Virus record (IMG/VR): IMGVR_UViG_3300037541_000632
Span: 1 to 64,000 of that record
DNA: 64,000 nt
Source of the DNA: a virus
Reading direction: 5' to 3' (one strand)
Below, piece by piece: positions 43,314 to 53,417 of this stretch. The stretch's first letter is position 1, and the number at the start of each line of letters is the position of its first letter. The translations under genes and the position numbers were made by a program. The notes beneath the pieces are model-generated. The model worked only from the letters and a program-made list of their open reading frames with translations. It had not been told where the DNA came from and searched no databases.

Positions 43314-43460
43314 GAAAAGGATTCCATGCATTAACCAACTTCACTCTAAGCGCAAGAGTTAATTTGATAAATACATGTCAACCTCACTCGAGGTTGAAGG
43401 ACGCAAACGATACGTCCTGAAGATGTCTTGCCGCATACACCATGTGTACTATATTACCCT

Positions 43461-43817
43461 ATGCCTTCACCCTCGTCTTCAAAAAGAAATAGAGTAATGC
43501 GTCTGGCAAGAAAATACAACCTCGTAAAAAAAGCCGGAGGTCAATGTGTGATATGCGGGTACAAAAAAAATTTATCTAGTTTGGCTTTTCATCATATATA
43601 TGAAAAAAAAACAAGGTTGTCTGGAAATCATTTAATTAAAATGTCTTTGCGTGGAGCAGAAGAAGAACTCAATCAATGCGTTTTAGTATGTCATAACTGC
43701 CACAGCGAAATTCATAATCCTGAAATCTCGCTAAAAAAGATTGCTAAAATGTGTAAACTTATTGATGAAAATAAATTAACACATAATCAAGCATACAAGC
43801 AGTTCTTCGACAGTTAA
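43461..43817 (+). CDS. HNH endonuclease
   Basis: GGQCVICGY...LAFHH...C.LVCHNCH.EIH; start moved to ATG 43461, after TTGCCG-N16-TATATT. Confidence 0.85.
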   Translation: MPSPSSSKRNRVMRLARKYNLVKKAGGQCVICGYKKNLSSLAFHHIYEKKTRLSGNHLIKMSLRGAEEELNQCVLVCHNCHSEIHNPEISLKKIAKMCKLIDENKLTHNQAYKQFFDS

Positions 43818-43830
43818 GGAAAAAGAAAGT

Positions 43831-43865
43831 TAGACCCGCGTCGTGATGGCTACGACGCGGGTCTT
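43831..43865 (-). terminator. intrinsic terminator
   Basis: AGACCCGCGTCGT/ACGACGCGGGTCT hairpin between convergent genes. Confidence 0.75.
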
Positions 43866-43918
43866 GGTGCCATGAACCAAACAACAACACATGTGCCACC
43901 AGTGCTGTTGTTATCCCT

Positions 43919-44125
43919 TTACAGGGATATACTAGGCAGAGGATTGCCTAGCGCATTTTTAACCTGACTGCCCAGGTTTATTCCGTGCAAGCACGGCTGC
44001 CTAGCACGATGCGTGCCCAGCATTTGTATTTCCTGCAGAGTCTCATCTCCGGGATTACGGCTCATGATATATTCCCGAGCTGCCAATATACCTACAATGC
44101 GTGGGTGATTATTGATGTGTGTCAT
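43919..44125 (-). CDS. hypothetical protein (putative early gene)
   Basis: Lies between the promoter-like motif and a terminator. Confidence 0.5.
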   Translation of the reverse strand: MTHINNHPRIVGILAAREYIMSRNPGDETLQEIQMLGTHRARQPCLHGINLGSQVKNALGNPLPSISL

Positions 44126-44200
44126 ATTATTATTATTCTATTTGTTTTTGTTTTATACCCATAAAGTATAGGTATTTGTGTAACAGATATTACTATCCGT

Positions 44201-44235
44201 ACAAATTTATATAACACAATAACAAGTGTTATTGC
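44201..44235 (-). promoter_or_regulatory. conserved phage promoter-like motif, copy 2
   Basis: GCAATA-N10-TTGTGTTATATAAATTTGT. Confidence 0.65.
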
Positions 44236-44699
44236 GCCTTATATAGATCAACAACTGCTGCTACATCTTTAGCAGACTTCACCTGATGAATAAGAGCTCT
44301 GTATTTATACATGAACATCTTATTCTTTATTTTAAATATGTCAGTAAGGTGTCCTTTGGAATCTATCACAAAGGCATCTGAAGGAATTACATTCTCCTGT
44401 AACTCACTATCCCGGGTAATGACGAAGTCTGCAGAATACCTAATCTCGCGCACAGCTTTACCGTCTGGACCTTTAAACTTCTCCTGTAAAAGAAAATCCA
44501 CCTGCCTATGTATAGTCACACCTTCAGGTAAAAGTCTAGCCAACAACTTATATGTCTCTGCTTCCCATTTAGAATCAAAGACAATACCTTCGTATGTCCT
44601 TGCCTCTTTGGGAGAGACTTTATATCGCCCATACTTTGCACTCTTGTTTATCAGAGCCGCTAGATTAGCTGCGGATGTTTTGTTACGCGGTACACTCAT
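44229..44699 (-). CDS. DUF1064-like PD-(D/E)xK nuclease
   Basis: GIVFDSKWEA, RQV.F.L, Y.ADF, IDSKG..T..F.IK.K motifs. Confidence 0.85.
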   Translation of the reverse strand: MSVPRNKTSAANLAALINKSAKYGRYKVSPKEARTYEGIVFDSKWEAETYKLLARLLPEGVTIHRQVDFLLQEKFKGPDGKAVREIRYSADFVITRDSELQENVIPSDAFVIDSKGHLTDIFKIKNKMFMYKYRALIHQVKSAKDVAAVVDLYKAQ

Positions 44700-46048
44700 T
44701 TATTTTCTGCTGCTACTGCTTTTGCAGGAGTAACAGGAGTAGACATTGCTTGGTCAATCAAGTCATCATCTTCAGATAATTCATCAATTACATCAGGCGT
44801 AGCTCTACCCGTAGAAAAAGGTTTGCGATCATTAGTCTGCTTCTCTTCGCTAGAGTCAATGCTATCTTCTGAATTTAAATCTTCATTCTGTTCGATGTCA
44901 TCTTCTTCAGAAGTATGTTCCCCCTGGCCTTTCATTTTATTGACTAGTGCCAGAATATCTTCAAGAGACATTTCATTGGCTTCTTTACTAATAACAAAAC
45001 CATCATTAAGTTTACCTACCATTTCAAATCTATTCATCGCACCAATGGTGCCTGCGATTTTAATAAGAGTGTCTAAACATTCCTCATTTTGCAAGCTAGC
45101 AATCTTGGTAAACCTAGGAGCCATATCGTTATACTCGGCAGCTGCGAGCAAAGCTACAACAGGATTTAATGACGCGCTTTTAACGCAGTAACTAATGGCA
45201 CACTGCTTCTGTATAGGCGTGATATTAATTTCTGATGCACCTTTAATGGTGTCCATAGCAGAATCAAAACCATACTCAAGAATGTGCGTTGCTAATTCCG
45301 GGCCTCTGCCTTGAGCAGTCGCATGCACAATATCTACTAACTCAGATTGTGCTGCGGACTTACTACCCATGCATAAATGAACAAGAAATTCTAAAGCATC
45401 ATCTGATTGCTCCACAGATGCTGATTTATTGTAAGCCGTATTTTCCTCTTCAGCTTCCTGTTCTTCTTTAGGATTCTTGCGAATGACAATACGCTTGGGC
45501 GCTGTGTTCTTTGGTTTCTTAACTCTAGGGAAAGTTTTATCCAAAGCTTTATTGGTTAAAGCACCAGCGGCAATAGCGCTAAGCAAAGTAAAAGCCACGG
45601 GAGAAGACCAGATTAATTCTCTTAAACCCATGGGCTCGCCTGCTGCCGCCGCATTCTTAGCCTGCGCTTCTTGTTGCGCATTTTCAATAAATGCTTGCTG
45701 CGCTTGATCCAATTGTTCTTGTAATTGTTTGCGTTTAACATTCTGATAAAGCTTTCTCACTAAAGCATAAGTACCAAGTGTAGAAAGTAAACCGCCGGTT
45801 AAAGCCATACCTCCAGCCGCTAAATCTATAGGACCTGAACTTTCGTTTTCGTTAGCAGACTTACCCACGTTAAGATAAAGCGTATCATCATCTTCTTTAT
45901 CTGTATCGTCAGGAACTTGCTGTTTAAGTGTATTGATATAATTAATCAATGAGGTGAGCAAAGCACCAGAACCACCAATAGCGGCACCGCCAATAAGGTA
46001 ATTTTTGATTAGTTCTTTACTGCGGGGAGTTAAGGCTATCTTTTCCAT
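44696..46048 (-). CDS. putative virion protein with glycine-rich hydrophobic segments and many K-x-A motifs
   Basis: Three Gly/Ala-rich hydrophobic helices; KSA, KNA, KIA and KEA motifs. Confidence 0.65.
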   Translation of the reverse strand: MEKIALTPRSKELIKNYLIGGAAIGGSGALLTSLINYINTLKQQVPDDTDKEDDDTLYLNVGKSANENESSGPIDLAAGGMALTGGLLSTLGTYALVRKLYQNVKRKQLQEQLDQAQQAFIENAQQEAQAKNAAAAGEPMGLRELIWSSPVAFTLLSAIAAGALTNKALDKTFPRVKKPKNTAPKRIVIRKNPKEEQEAEEENTAYNKSASVEQSDDALEFLVHLCMGSKSAAQSELVDIVHATAQGRGPELATHILEYGFDSAMDTIKGASEINITPIQKQCAISYCVKSASLNPVVALLAAAEYNDMAPRFTKIASLQNEECLDTLIKIAGTIGAMNRFEMVGKLNDGFVISKEANEMSLEDILALVNKMKGQGEHTSEEDDIEQNEDLNSEDSIDSSEEKQTNDRKPFSTGRATPDVIDELSEDDDLIDQAMSTPVTPAKAVAAENK

Positions 46049-46049
46049 T

Positions 46050-46487
46050 TTAAGAAGTCGTAATGAGTTGTTTGTATTCTACTCTAAAGTATTCCAAAAG
46101 CATCAACCATTTTCCTTCATGGAAATTTTCCTTGCGACTTGCAAGAATAATTGAAGGGGCATCCTCAGGTTGTTGCTTGGAAAGTAAAGCATTTAGTTCT
46201 TTGAGCTTATCAGGATTAGCAGCATCAAAAACAGCTACAACAGGTCCTATTAATCTAGTAGATTGAGGGAAACGTTTATACTGATCTTCAAATGTAGGAG
46301 TGGCTATCCAAATTGTTTTTCCTTTAGGGTCTCTCTCTTCTTTAAAATCAGAGTCATCCACTTTATCTTTAGTAGTGACTTCTGGAGAAATAGAAGAAGG
46401 TTGAATTTTATTTGGATCAACCTTTACTCCAGACCCCGGGTCCATCATTTCTGCTAACATAACCGCCATCTCATCTGCTGTACTCAT
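46050..46487 (-). CDS. hypothetical protein
   Basis: Tiling ORF. Confidence 0.7.
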   Translation of the reverse strand: MSTADEMAVMLAEMMDPGSGVKVDPNKIQPSSISPEVTTKDKVDDSDFKEERDPKGKTIWIATPTFEDQYKRFPQSTRLIGPVVAVFDAANPDKLKELNALLSKQQPEDAPSIILASRKENFHEGKWLMLLEYFRVEYKQLITTS

Positions 46488-46493
46488 AAATTA

Positions 46494-47141
46494 TTAAAAT
46501 AAGTTTTCTCTTTCTGCTATTTCTTGGACTTGTGCTGCTAATTGTGCTGGTGCTAAATTTTTAGTTCCTAACTGTCTTTTGATCTCATCTGAAATCTTAT
46601 TATAGTAATCAATTTTGGCTTTAACTACTTCAGCCTCATCTTCGTCTTCTTGCGCATGCCTATTAAGAAGCCAATACAAGCCTCCAGTTATACCACCTCC
46701 AACAGCACCGACACCGGCTATGGCTCTAACAACTTCAGGTGTAACTTTACCTGCTGTAGTCAGTATATTAGGAAGAAAATTAGCGGCTTGTTTAACTATG
46801 GTATCATTAGAGGCTTCTTTAATCTGCTGTTCGTATTCATCGGCAATCTTACCAAGAGAGGCAAGCGCAGCGTCAGAATAAGCGTCGAATTCAGGATACC
46901 AAGATGGTGTGTGCGCAAGCTTTTCAAAAATGTGATACTCTATTTCAGTTTTACGCCCAGCTTCTGCGAAAGCATCAGCAGCAATTTTACATGCAAACTT
47001 TTGAATAAATCCATAGTTTGTTTCTTTGTAATTATCGATGGTAGAGACTAACCCAGATATAGTTACAAGACTTTGTGGATCTCTGCCGCGAGCAGCAGAA
47101 GCTAATTTAACGCCTAAATTAAAAAATGATGAATCATTCAT
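46494..47141 (-). CDS. putative virion protein, K-x-A rich, with glycine zipper
   Basis: KLA/KIA/KEA/KQA; GVGAVGGGITGGL segment. Confidence 0.65.
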   Translation of the reverse strand: MNDSSFFNLGVKLASAARGRDPQSLVTISGLVSTIDNYKETNYGFIQKFACKIAADAFAEAGRKTEIEYHIFEKLAHTPSWYPEFDAYSDAALASLGKIADEYEQQIKEASNDTIVKQAANFLPNILTTAGKVTPEVVRAIAGVGAVGGGITGGLYWLLNRHAQEDEDEAEVVKAKIDYYNKISDEIKRQLGTKNLAPAQLAAQVQEIAERENLF

Positions 47142-47142
47142 G

Positions 47143-48129
47143 TTAAAGATAATTTCCTAAAAGAGTTCTGCCTTGGAAAGATGGCTGACCTAAATCGTTC
47201 CTGGGAACAGGAGGACCAAACAAAGACCTAGCAACAGTACCGCCAAAAATAGCGCCTAATACTGTACCAATCAAACCCTTATTCATTAAAAATCTAGCTA
47301 CGATGGCACCAACAGCAGCGCCTCCGAAACCAATTAAAGAATTAGATAATTGAGAAACTTCATTTCCTGCTAATTGCGATACACCAGCAATGAGCTGACT
47401 TTTTTCAGAAAAGGATAATCCCGGGGCGTCTTGGATAAGCTGTACAACTCTAGCCTGCGCGTCAGAAGCGCTTGTGAAAGCAGCTTTAACATTTGCTGGT
47501 TTATTCATACCAGCTAAGGCCTGCGATCTATTCAGGGCGTTTATTCTTTTAAGTTCTTCGGGTGTCCATTTTTCCCGTTCAAGATTAGGAGCGTCCCACT
47601 GCGGTTTATATTTACGCAGATAACCACTATAAGCACCCAGTGAACCTGTAGCTAAACCACCAATTAAAGCATTACGAAGTAAATTATTAGATACTGAATT
47701 ACCGGTTAGCAGATTCAAAATACCAGTACCTGCCGCACCAAGTAACAGCCCCGGAGCCATAGACAGCAAACCGCCAGCAAGAGGACCTTTGTTTAAAACT
47801 TCACCAATAGCAGGCCCATAGCCTTTATAAAGCTGATTGATCTTATCACCCATCGCATAGCCAAATGATCTATTACTTTGGAATGGATGGTAGTAAGCAT
47901 TTAATGCTGCATATTCGGGATTCTGTTTTTTAAACTGGTCATCGTATGTTGACATCCACTGGAGAGGAGACATCTCCATGGTATCCTCTTTATAAGGAGA
48001 AAGAGGATTAGGTACAGTTATTGTTCCGGCGTCAGAGGTCGAAAAATCATGAATCTTGTTTTTAATCTTGCCCTTTATGGCAGGATCCAAAGCATTATAC
48101 AGTGCTGTTAATGAGGGATCTTGGGTCAT
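47143..48129 (-). CDS. glycine-zipper membrane-type protein
   Basis: Two pairs of GxxxG hydrophobic helices separated by KAA. Confidence 0.65.
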   Translation of the reverse strand: MTQDPSLTALYNALDPAIKGKIKNKIHDFSTSDAGTITVPNPLSPYKEDTMEMSPLQWMSTYDDQFKKQNPEYAALNAYYHPFQSNRSFGYAMGDKINQLYKGYGPAIGEVLNKGPLAGGLLSMAPGLLLGAAGTGILNLLTGNSVSNNLLRNALIGGLATGSLGAYSGYLRKYKPQWDAPNLEREKWTPEELKRINALNRSQALAGMNKPANVKAAFTSASDAQARVVQLIQDAPGLSFSEKSQLIAGVSQLAGNEVSQLSNSLIGFGGAAVGAIVARFLMNKGLIGTVLGAIFGGTVARSLFGPPVPRNDLGQPSFQGRTLLGNYL

Positions 48130-48130
48130 C

Positions 48131-48400
48131 TTATCTATCTCCGTTACGGTAACGACCGTAGATTAAAGCACCGCCTCCAGTGCCTGTGACCATTTGTTTA
48201 TTGTTGATACCTATATCAATAGGCATATCATCAGGATTAGGTCTCCAAGGATCTGTATAGTTTTGATTACCCGCAGATCCAGGTATTCCCTTTACAGAAT
48301 CCCACTGTTTGACGCTGGCAGGTTGTCCGTTGTCTATACAAGCTTGTTCTGCTTTTTTTAGCAGATAAAAGCTTGCAGCTAATTTAGTCAAAACGTCCAT
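48131..48400 (-). CDS. small protein with K-x-A leader
   Basis: MDVLTKLAASFYLLKKA; upstream TTGTCT-N17-TAAACT. Confidence 0.55.
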   Translation of the reverse strand: MDVLTKLAASFYLLKKAEQACIDNGQPASVKQWDSVKGIPGSAGNQNYTDPWRPNPDDMPIDIGINNKQMVTGTGGGALIYGRYRNGDR

Positions 48401-48445
48401 GATACAGTTTAACATATCATGGACGTTAAGACAAATACAAATATA

Positions 48446-48787
48446 CTAGAATTCTTTACCGTGCAGTCTTTCCCGGGTAGTGTTGTATTGAATCTTAGCT
48501 GCCATAGCTTCAAAGACCCTCCACTTCCGCCCAGCTGCCAAATCGCAAATGCGAATAATAGCATCAGCTAGTTCAGCCTCAACACCAGTATATTCTTTTA
48601 CCTTGTCATCAGGAGGATTGCCGTGTCTCAAAGCCTCGAGAGCTTCGGAAAGCTCTGAATGGATAAGCGCTATAGCTTCACCATCATTACGTTCCTTGTC
48701 CCAGAACCCTTTGTTAACTGCATTCTGGTAAATAGCTACAGAAACAGTATTCATTACATCCACCCAGTCGATTTTAATTTCTTCCAT
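48446..48787 (-). CDS. MazG-like nucleotide pyrophosphohydrolase
   Basis: IALIHSELSEALEALR...ELADAIIRI.D...K..YN..R...HGK. Confidence 0.85.
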   Translation of the reverse strand: MEEIKIDWVDVMNTVSVAIYQNAVNKGFWDKERNDGEAIALIHSELSEALEALRHGNPPDDKVKEYTGVEAELADAIIRICDLAAGRKWRVFEAMAAKIQYNTTRERLHGKEF

Positions 48788-48796
48788 TTGATTTAT

Positions 48797-50608
48797 TTAC
48801 ATTGGTTGTGATAAAGCCTGCCTGCCCTGACTTTCAGCTTGAGATCTCATTTCTTCCATCTTTTGCTTAGCCATTGCATGCAAGTTTGGATTTGACGTGC
48901 GAACAGCTGCCATTTGCTTCTGCCGTTCACCGACAGGCAACTGCAACCATTGCTGTGCCATTTCAGCAGCTTTATTCTGGATGTCAAGTGGATTCATATC
49001 CCCACCTCCAGCTGCGCCCTCCATGCCAGCAGGAGAGCTTCCTCCACCACCACCTTGCTGCGCTTGCTGCGCCAAGATACTGTCCATAGAACCCAGTTGT
49101 TGTTGCCTTTGGAAATCAGATTGAAGTTTCGCCTGCTCTTTCTGAATTTCAATATCTTCCTGAGCACGCTGTTTGGCCGCTTCAACAGGGTCTTTGATAC
49201 CGAACGGACCATATGCAATGGAACGAGGAATTTCAGCACCAGCTGCAAGTTGCATGTATACGCGTTGACGTTCAAGATCATCAGCAAGACGAGGAAGCTG
49301 AAGAGAAGCTTCAAGACGCTGCTGCCCAATATAGTCACATATTCTTCCAGCCGCCCATTTTACAATTCTTGCAAATCCTTGATGAATAAAATGAAATGAA
49401 TTTTCAAATAAACGAACAGCAGTAGGGATCTGCTGCACCTGAAGAGAACCTTTAAACAGTTCCGCAGGATAACCCATAGAATCCAGCAGAACATTGTTAT
49501 GATATTCCACAAGTTCCTTAGGCGCTAAACTTTTACCTTGAGCTCCAAATTCTTGATAGCTAACAGGGAATGGCAAAGCGTGCATTGCAAAAGGATCAAG
49601 ACGGCGACGCTTGATAACCTCTTTAATCTCAGAGCCCCACCGGTTCAGAAGCATGTAATTCATTGGGTCGCTAGCCTGCGAAGAAGCCACAGGATGGAAC
49701 ATACGGAAAGGAAGCATATAGTCTAAACCAACAGCTTCATCAATTTTACGCAAAACCTGAAGCTGATGAATATGCCGGAAGTTAGCTATGGTTTCAGGCA
49801 GTCCCCAACCATAGTTGGAAACACCTGAAATTGTAGGAGCCTTGAAATGAAACACCTGCCCTTCATTAAACAAGAAATCCTGTTCAAGCGCGATAGCCTT
49901 GAGCATACTCATGGGCGTCTCATTCACCTGATACATAATACTATTTTTAATCATAGTAACCCACTCAGGTTCAAAACGATAAATCATTTGTTGCTTGCCG
50001 CTCATGAATGAGTGCTGCAAAACAATCTGACGAGGATCTATTTTACGTAATCTAATTCTAGACTTGTCCCGGGAAGGGCGGTCAATGAAATCTAGTTTAA
50101 CTCTAGCTCTTTTATCTTTAGGTCTGTCAAAGGTAGTAGGATCAGGCACATCATATTTCATGGCCTTATAATCATACTTTACATCCGCGCCGAACATAGG
50201 AAGCGCGTACTCTTTATATTTACCATCTCTATGATCAACAAGAACACGATCAAATGGAAGATGCAATCTAAGGAATGCATTACCGTAACACGCCCATTCC
50301 TGACCTACTTCAAGTAATGCCCCGAAAATGTCCAGATCATCAATAAGGAATTTCTTAAATTCATCACGCTCATCTTGATCCCCGTCTTTGCCTACAAAAT
50401 CAATATCCGTAACAAAGTGGCTAATTACTCTAGTAGAAGCGCGACGATAAAGAGGGTTTAAATAATAAAGGAATAAACAGAAGTCTAAAGCAGACTGTAA
50501 CTCTGTTGGAATAGCCGTGCTACTAGGAAGCAGGAAGGGGTCAGCAAAGACTCTGTTTTTACCTGTCCAAACTGCAAATGCGTCGTTGTCGCCGGGATAA
50601 TTGACCAT
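48797..50608 (-). CDS. putative portal protein
   Basis: 603 aa; YGNAF, VFHFK...GWGLP and helical Q-rich C-terminus resemble portal architecture; virion-gene context. Confidence 0.6.
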   Translation of the reverse strand: MVNYPGDNDAFAVWTGKNRVFADPFLLPSSTAIPTELQSALDFCLFLYYLNPLYRRASTRVISHFVTDIDFVGKDGDQDERDEFKKFLIDDLDIFGALLEVGQEWACYGNAFLRLHLPFDRVLVDHRDGKYKEYALPMFGADVKYDYKAMKYDVPDPTTFDRPKDKRARVKLDFIDRPSRDKSRIRLRKIDPRQIVLQHSFMSGKQQMIYRFEPEWVTMIKNSIMYQVNETPMSMLKAIALEQDFLFNEGQVFHFKAPTISGVSNYGWGLPETIANFRHIHQLQVLRKIDEAVGLDYMLPFRMFHPVASSQASDPMNYMLLNRWGSEIKEVIKRRRLDPFAMHALPFPVSYQEFGAQGKSLAPKELVEYHNNVLLDSMGYPAELFKGSLQVQQIPTAVRLFENSFHFIHQGFARIVKWAAGRICDYIGQQRLEASLQLPRLADDLERQRVYMQLAAGAEIPRSIAYGPFGIKDPVEAAKQRAQEDIEIQKEQAKLQSDFQRQQQLGSMDSILAQQAQQGGGGGSSPAGMEGAAGGGDMNPLDIQNKAAEMAQQWLQLPVGERQKQMAAVRTSNPNLHAMAKQKMEEMRSQAESQGRQALSQPM

Positions 50609-50610
50609 AA

Positions 50611-50781
50611 TTAATATTTGATAAAATCTTCTTTGTCATCGAGTTCACTGCTGAGCTGCTGCAGCGACGCCTTTTTATAATTGTCTCTTTCGCATTCAAC
50701 ATTGGGATTATTACAATCACAAGGTTTTCCTGTGCTAGGACACAATGTTTTGTTTTTTATAACAACTCCTTGTTTAATCAT
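50611..50781 (-). CDS. small Cys-containing protein (56 aa, not in ORF track)
   Basis: MIKQGVV...CPSTGKPCDC...KKAS; fills the gap exactly. Confidence 0.5.
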   Translation of the reverse strand: MIKQGVVIKNKTLCPSTGKPCDCNNPNVECERDNYKKASLQQLSSELDDKEDFIKY

Positions 50782-50783
50782 AA

Positions 50784-51371
50784 TTATTCAGGTTGAACTC
50801 GCAGGAAGGACACAAATGTAAAAGGTATTTTGGGAAAAGTAAAGAACCCTCCCGCATAAATTACAGAATAGTCCTGCCCTAGGTATTGTATAGTTAATTC
50901 TGTATTTATGTTTGGCTCGAACTGTATAGCATCCTTTTTAATCATAAAGGCAACGCCAAAATCAGTGATACTAACATTTAAAGCTTTAAAGCCTATCTTG
51001 CCGAAAGGACTAACAATCTTTATTTCTTCGTGTGCAGTTGTTTGTTCAAGATAAGCAGAAAACATCTGTACAGGATCTTTACTCACCATAACTCTTTCTT
51101 TGTACGCGCGTGTTTCTTCCATAGAACATAAAGCATCTGGATCTTGGAAACCAACATCAGAAATTTCTTCTTCTGGATTGGTTGTAAAATCTGTATCATC
51201 GCCATCATCGGAAACGTAAGCCACGTTCTCTTGTATTGTCAGAACTGGCAGTTCAATACCAAATTGCGAGGCTTTAACTTTATGTCCCTGTAAAAGCTTC
51301 TCTTTAAAGCTCTTCATAGCAGACACAGCCTGTGGCGTTCTTTCAACTCCCGTATCAATACTTTGCGACAT
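50784..51371 (-). CDS. hypothetical protein
   Basis: 195 aa ORF. Confidence 0.7.
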   Translation of the reverse strand: MSQSIDTGVERTPQAVSAMKSFKEKLLQGHKVKASQFGIELPVLTIQENVAYVSDDGDDTDFTTNPEEEISDVGFQDPDALCSMEETRAYKERVMVSKDPVQMFSAYLEQTTAHEEIKIVSPFGKIGFKALNVSITDFGVAFMIKKDAIQFEPNINTELTIQYLGQDYSVIYAGGFFTFPKIPFTFVSFLRVQPE

Positions 51372-51373
51372 AA

Positions 51374-52072
51374 TTATATAGTATATTTCTTAGCATTGTC
51401 TGTGAACTTAGCAACGCTCTTTTGTGATTTATAGTGTTTTTTCTTTCCTGTGGTTACCTGATGTTTAATAGCACTAACTGCGTGTATATCCAAATCACCC
51501 TCCATGACTGGTATATTCATACTACCTACTTTTTTAGATAGTGTAAACATAACACATAGATGCCCTCCAAATACATCTATCTCATAAAAGTTATTTTCAT
51601 CACCACAAACAATCTTGGCAGTCTCATATTCATTTTTTCTATTAACAAATTCTAAAGACAAAATCATGTCTTTAGGCACAAGCGTTTCAAACAGAAACAT
51701 AGCAGCTTTGCGTACAATCTGAGAAGCCTGATATTGGTTGCCTTGTCCTAGGCACTGCGCATATGATTCCTTGAAGTCTGTAAATATGTTTCTGGCTTCA
51801 GAGAATTTAGCTTTAAAATCAAATATACCATTAATAAAATTAGCATCCAAACCTAACTGCTGAGTTGAAGAACGAATCAAAGCTAAGCGCGCTCTTTTAT
51901 TTACACCCTGCAGTAAACGATACCACGCGGATCTGCTAGAGTACCCTAGCGTGTTGGATATATCTGTATGTGTTTTGTTATTAGCTTTAGCCCAACTGTT
52001 CAAACATTTAATCCACCTCTGTGTCTGTGCCGGGGTTGCGAAAGCGCCTAGCTTTGGTTTTTTGTATCCCAT
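51374..52072 (-). CDS. putative HTH (XRE-like) DNA-binding protein
   Basis: THTDISNTLGYSSRSAWYRLLQG. Confidence 0.55.
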   Translation of the reverse strand: MGYKKPKLGAFATPAQTQRWIKCLNSWAKANNKTHTDISNTLGYSSRSAWYRLLQGVNKRARLALIRSSTQQLGLDANFINGIFDFKAKFSEARNIFTDFKESYAQCLGQGNQYQASQIVRKAAMFLFETLVPKDMILSLEFVNRKNEYETAKIVCGDENNFYEIDVFGGHLCVMFTLSKKVGSMNIPVMEGDLDIHAVSAIKHQVTTGKKKHYKSQKSVAKFTDNAKKYTI

Positions 52073-52437
52073 ATTTCTTTATTTTTTAAAACATTCGATT
52101 TCTTATTTTTTATGGGAGTCTCATAACTAGGTTTAGCCTCCCCTAAATGATCGACATGTCTATAGTCACATTCCCACAGAACGCGAGCTAAAAATTCACT
52201 TACTGCTACGACTTTATCTTCTGTCCAATCTCGACATGACTCATGCAACGCTTCATGCAAGACAATCAATAATCGCTGAAAACCTTTTAACCTTACATCA
52301 ATAGATATAATTGACGTTTTGTCGCTTACCTTTTCCCATAAACCAAGAGACTGCCTGTGTCCTAGCTTGGTTTCTACCAGCTTAATCTTTTTTCTATTCT
52401 TGTTAGTTTTAGTATTTGCTGATTTCGATTTGGGCAT
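52048..52437 (-). CDS. HExxH protein
   Basis: LHEALH motif, basic termini. Confidence 0.6.
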   Translation of the reverse strand: MPKSKSANTKTNKNRKKIKLVETKLGHRQSLGLWEKVSDKTSIISIDVRLKGFQRLLIVLHEALHESCRDWTEDKVVAVSEFLARVLWECDYRHVDHLGEAKPSYETPIKNKKSNVLKNKEIWDTKNQS

Positions 52438-52480
52438 AAAAAAACTCCGTGGTAGATATACTCTACCACGGAGGCAAAAA
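52438..52480 (-). terminator. intrinsic terminator
   Basis: CTCCGTGGTAGA/TCTACCACGGAG hairpin plus T-tract. Confidence 0.75.
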
Positions 52481-52495
52481 GTTGCATCAAGATTA

Positions 52496-52681
52496 TTACT
52501 GTAGCCCTTCGAGGATGTTACCGCGAAGTTCTACGAATTTATTTTCTCTGGCTTTGTCTTGCTCGACATAGTCAGCAAACTTTTTAGACGTGGTGTTGTC
52601 ATCGTATACTGCGGATGTATGACGGATAAAACCTTCATACTTAGCTTGGCGGATTAGTTCAGGAGTGATTTCTTGTGACAT
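52496..52681 (-). CDS. hypothetical protein
   Basis: ATG ORF with its own promoter and terminator. Confidence 0.6.
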   Translation of the reverse strand: MSQEITPELIRQAKYEGFIRHTSAVYDDNTTSKKFADYVEQDKARENKFVELRGNILEGLQ

Positions 52682-52690
52682 AGTGTTATG

Positions 52691-52718
52691 AGTTTAGAAT
52701 GATGCTTAATTTTGTCAA
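52691..52718 (-). promoter_or_regulatory. sigma70-like promoter
   Basis: TTGACA-N16-TAAACT. Confidence 0.55.
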
Positions 52719-52727
52719 TACTTTTGT

Positions 52728-53411
52728 TTATAGTAAATGAAATTGCGGCTTATTAGCTTGCGATGACGGCGGGCCAGCAGGCATTGCGTCCCGAAGCGCT
52801 CCTCTGTAGGCAGGTACACCAGACGGCGGGCGATAAGGCAGGCGACGAGCTCCTTGGTAGGAAGGCGTGCCAGACTGAGGGGCGAATCCTGGATCTTGCC
52901 CGTGCTGTGAATTTAAACTTTTTAAGTAATCTTGATACTGATTACCAGATGGTGGAATAAAATCTTTATCTGGTGTGTTCCAGTTATTAACAGACTCCAG
53001 TTTATTCTCAGGTAGATAACCAGGCGATGTCCGAGGTGTTAAATTTTTTATAGACTGCATAGGGTTACTATTGAATCCTTGATTTAATGCACCTAACCCT
53101 CTGTCTAATAAACCACCTATATTTTGCCCGACTTGACCGCCTAGGCTTTTACCCGCAATGTTACCTAACTGCTGGCCTCCCATAATACTACCAGCGATAC
53201 CACCTAAAGTATCACCAATACCATATTTATTACCTAGCATTTGACCCATGCGCTGACCGCCAACAAGATTACCAACAAACCCGCCTGCAGCGCCTCCTAA
53301 AGTGGTACCAAGCTGCTGACCCATCTGACCTAGTGCGTTGGGAGCTAAAGCATTAAAGTTAGCCAGCTTAAATAAATAACTAGAAGCAATTAGTTTGTCT
53401 GCATTCTTCAT
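52728..53411 (-). CDS. glycine-zipper protein with DKL..KxA leader
   Basis: DKLIASSYLFKLA then GxxxG repeats. Confidence 0.7.
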   Translation of the reverse strand: MKNADKLIASSYLFKLANFNALAPNALGQMGQQLGTTLGGAAGGFVGNLVGGQRMGQMLGNKYGIGDTLGGIAGSIMGGQQLGNIAGKSLGGQVGQNIGGLLDRGLGALNQGFNSNPMQSIKNLTPRTSPGYLPENKLESVNNWNTPDKDFIPPSGNQYQDYLKSLNSQHGQDPGFAPQSGTPSYQGARRLPYRPPSGVPAYRGALRDAMPAGPPSSQANKPQFHLL

Positions 53412-53417
53412 AAGATA

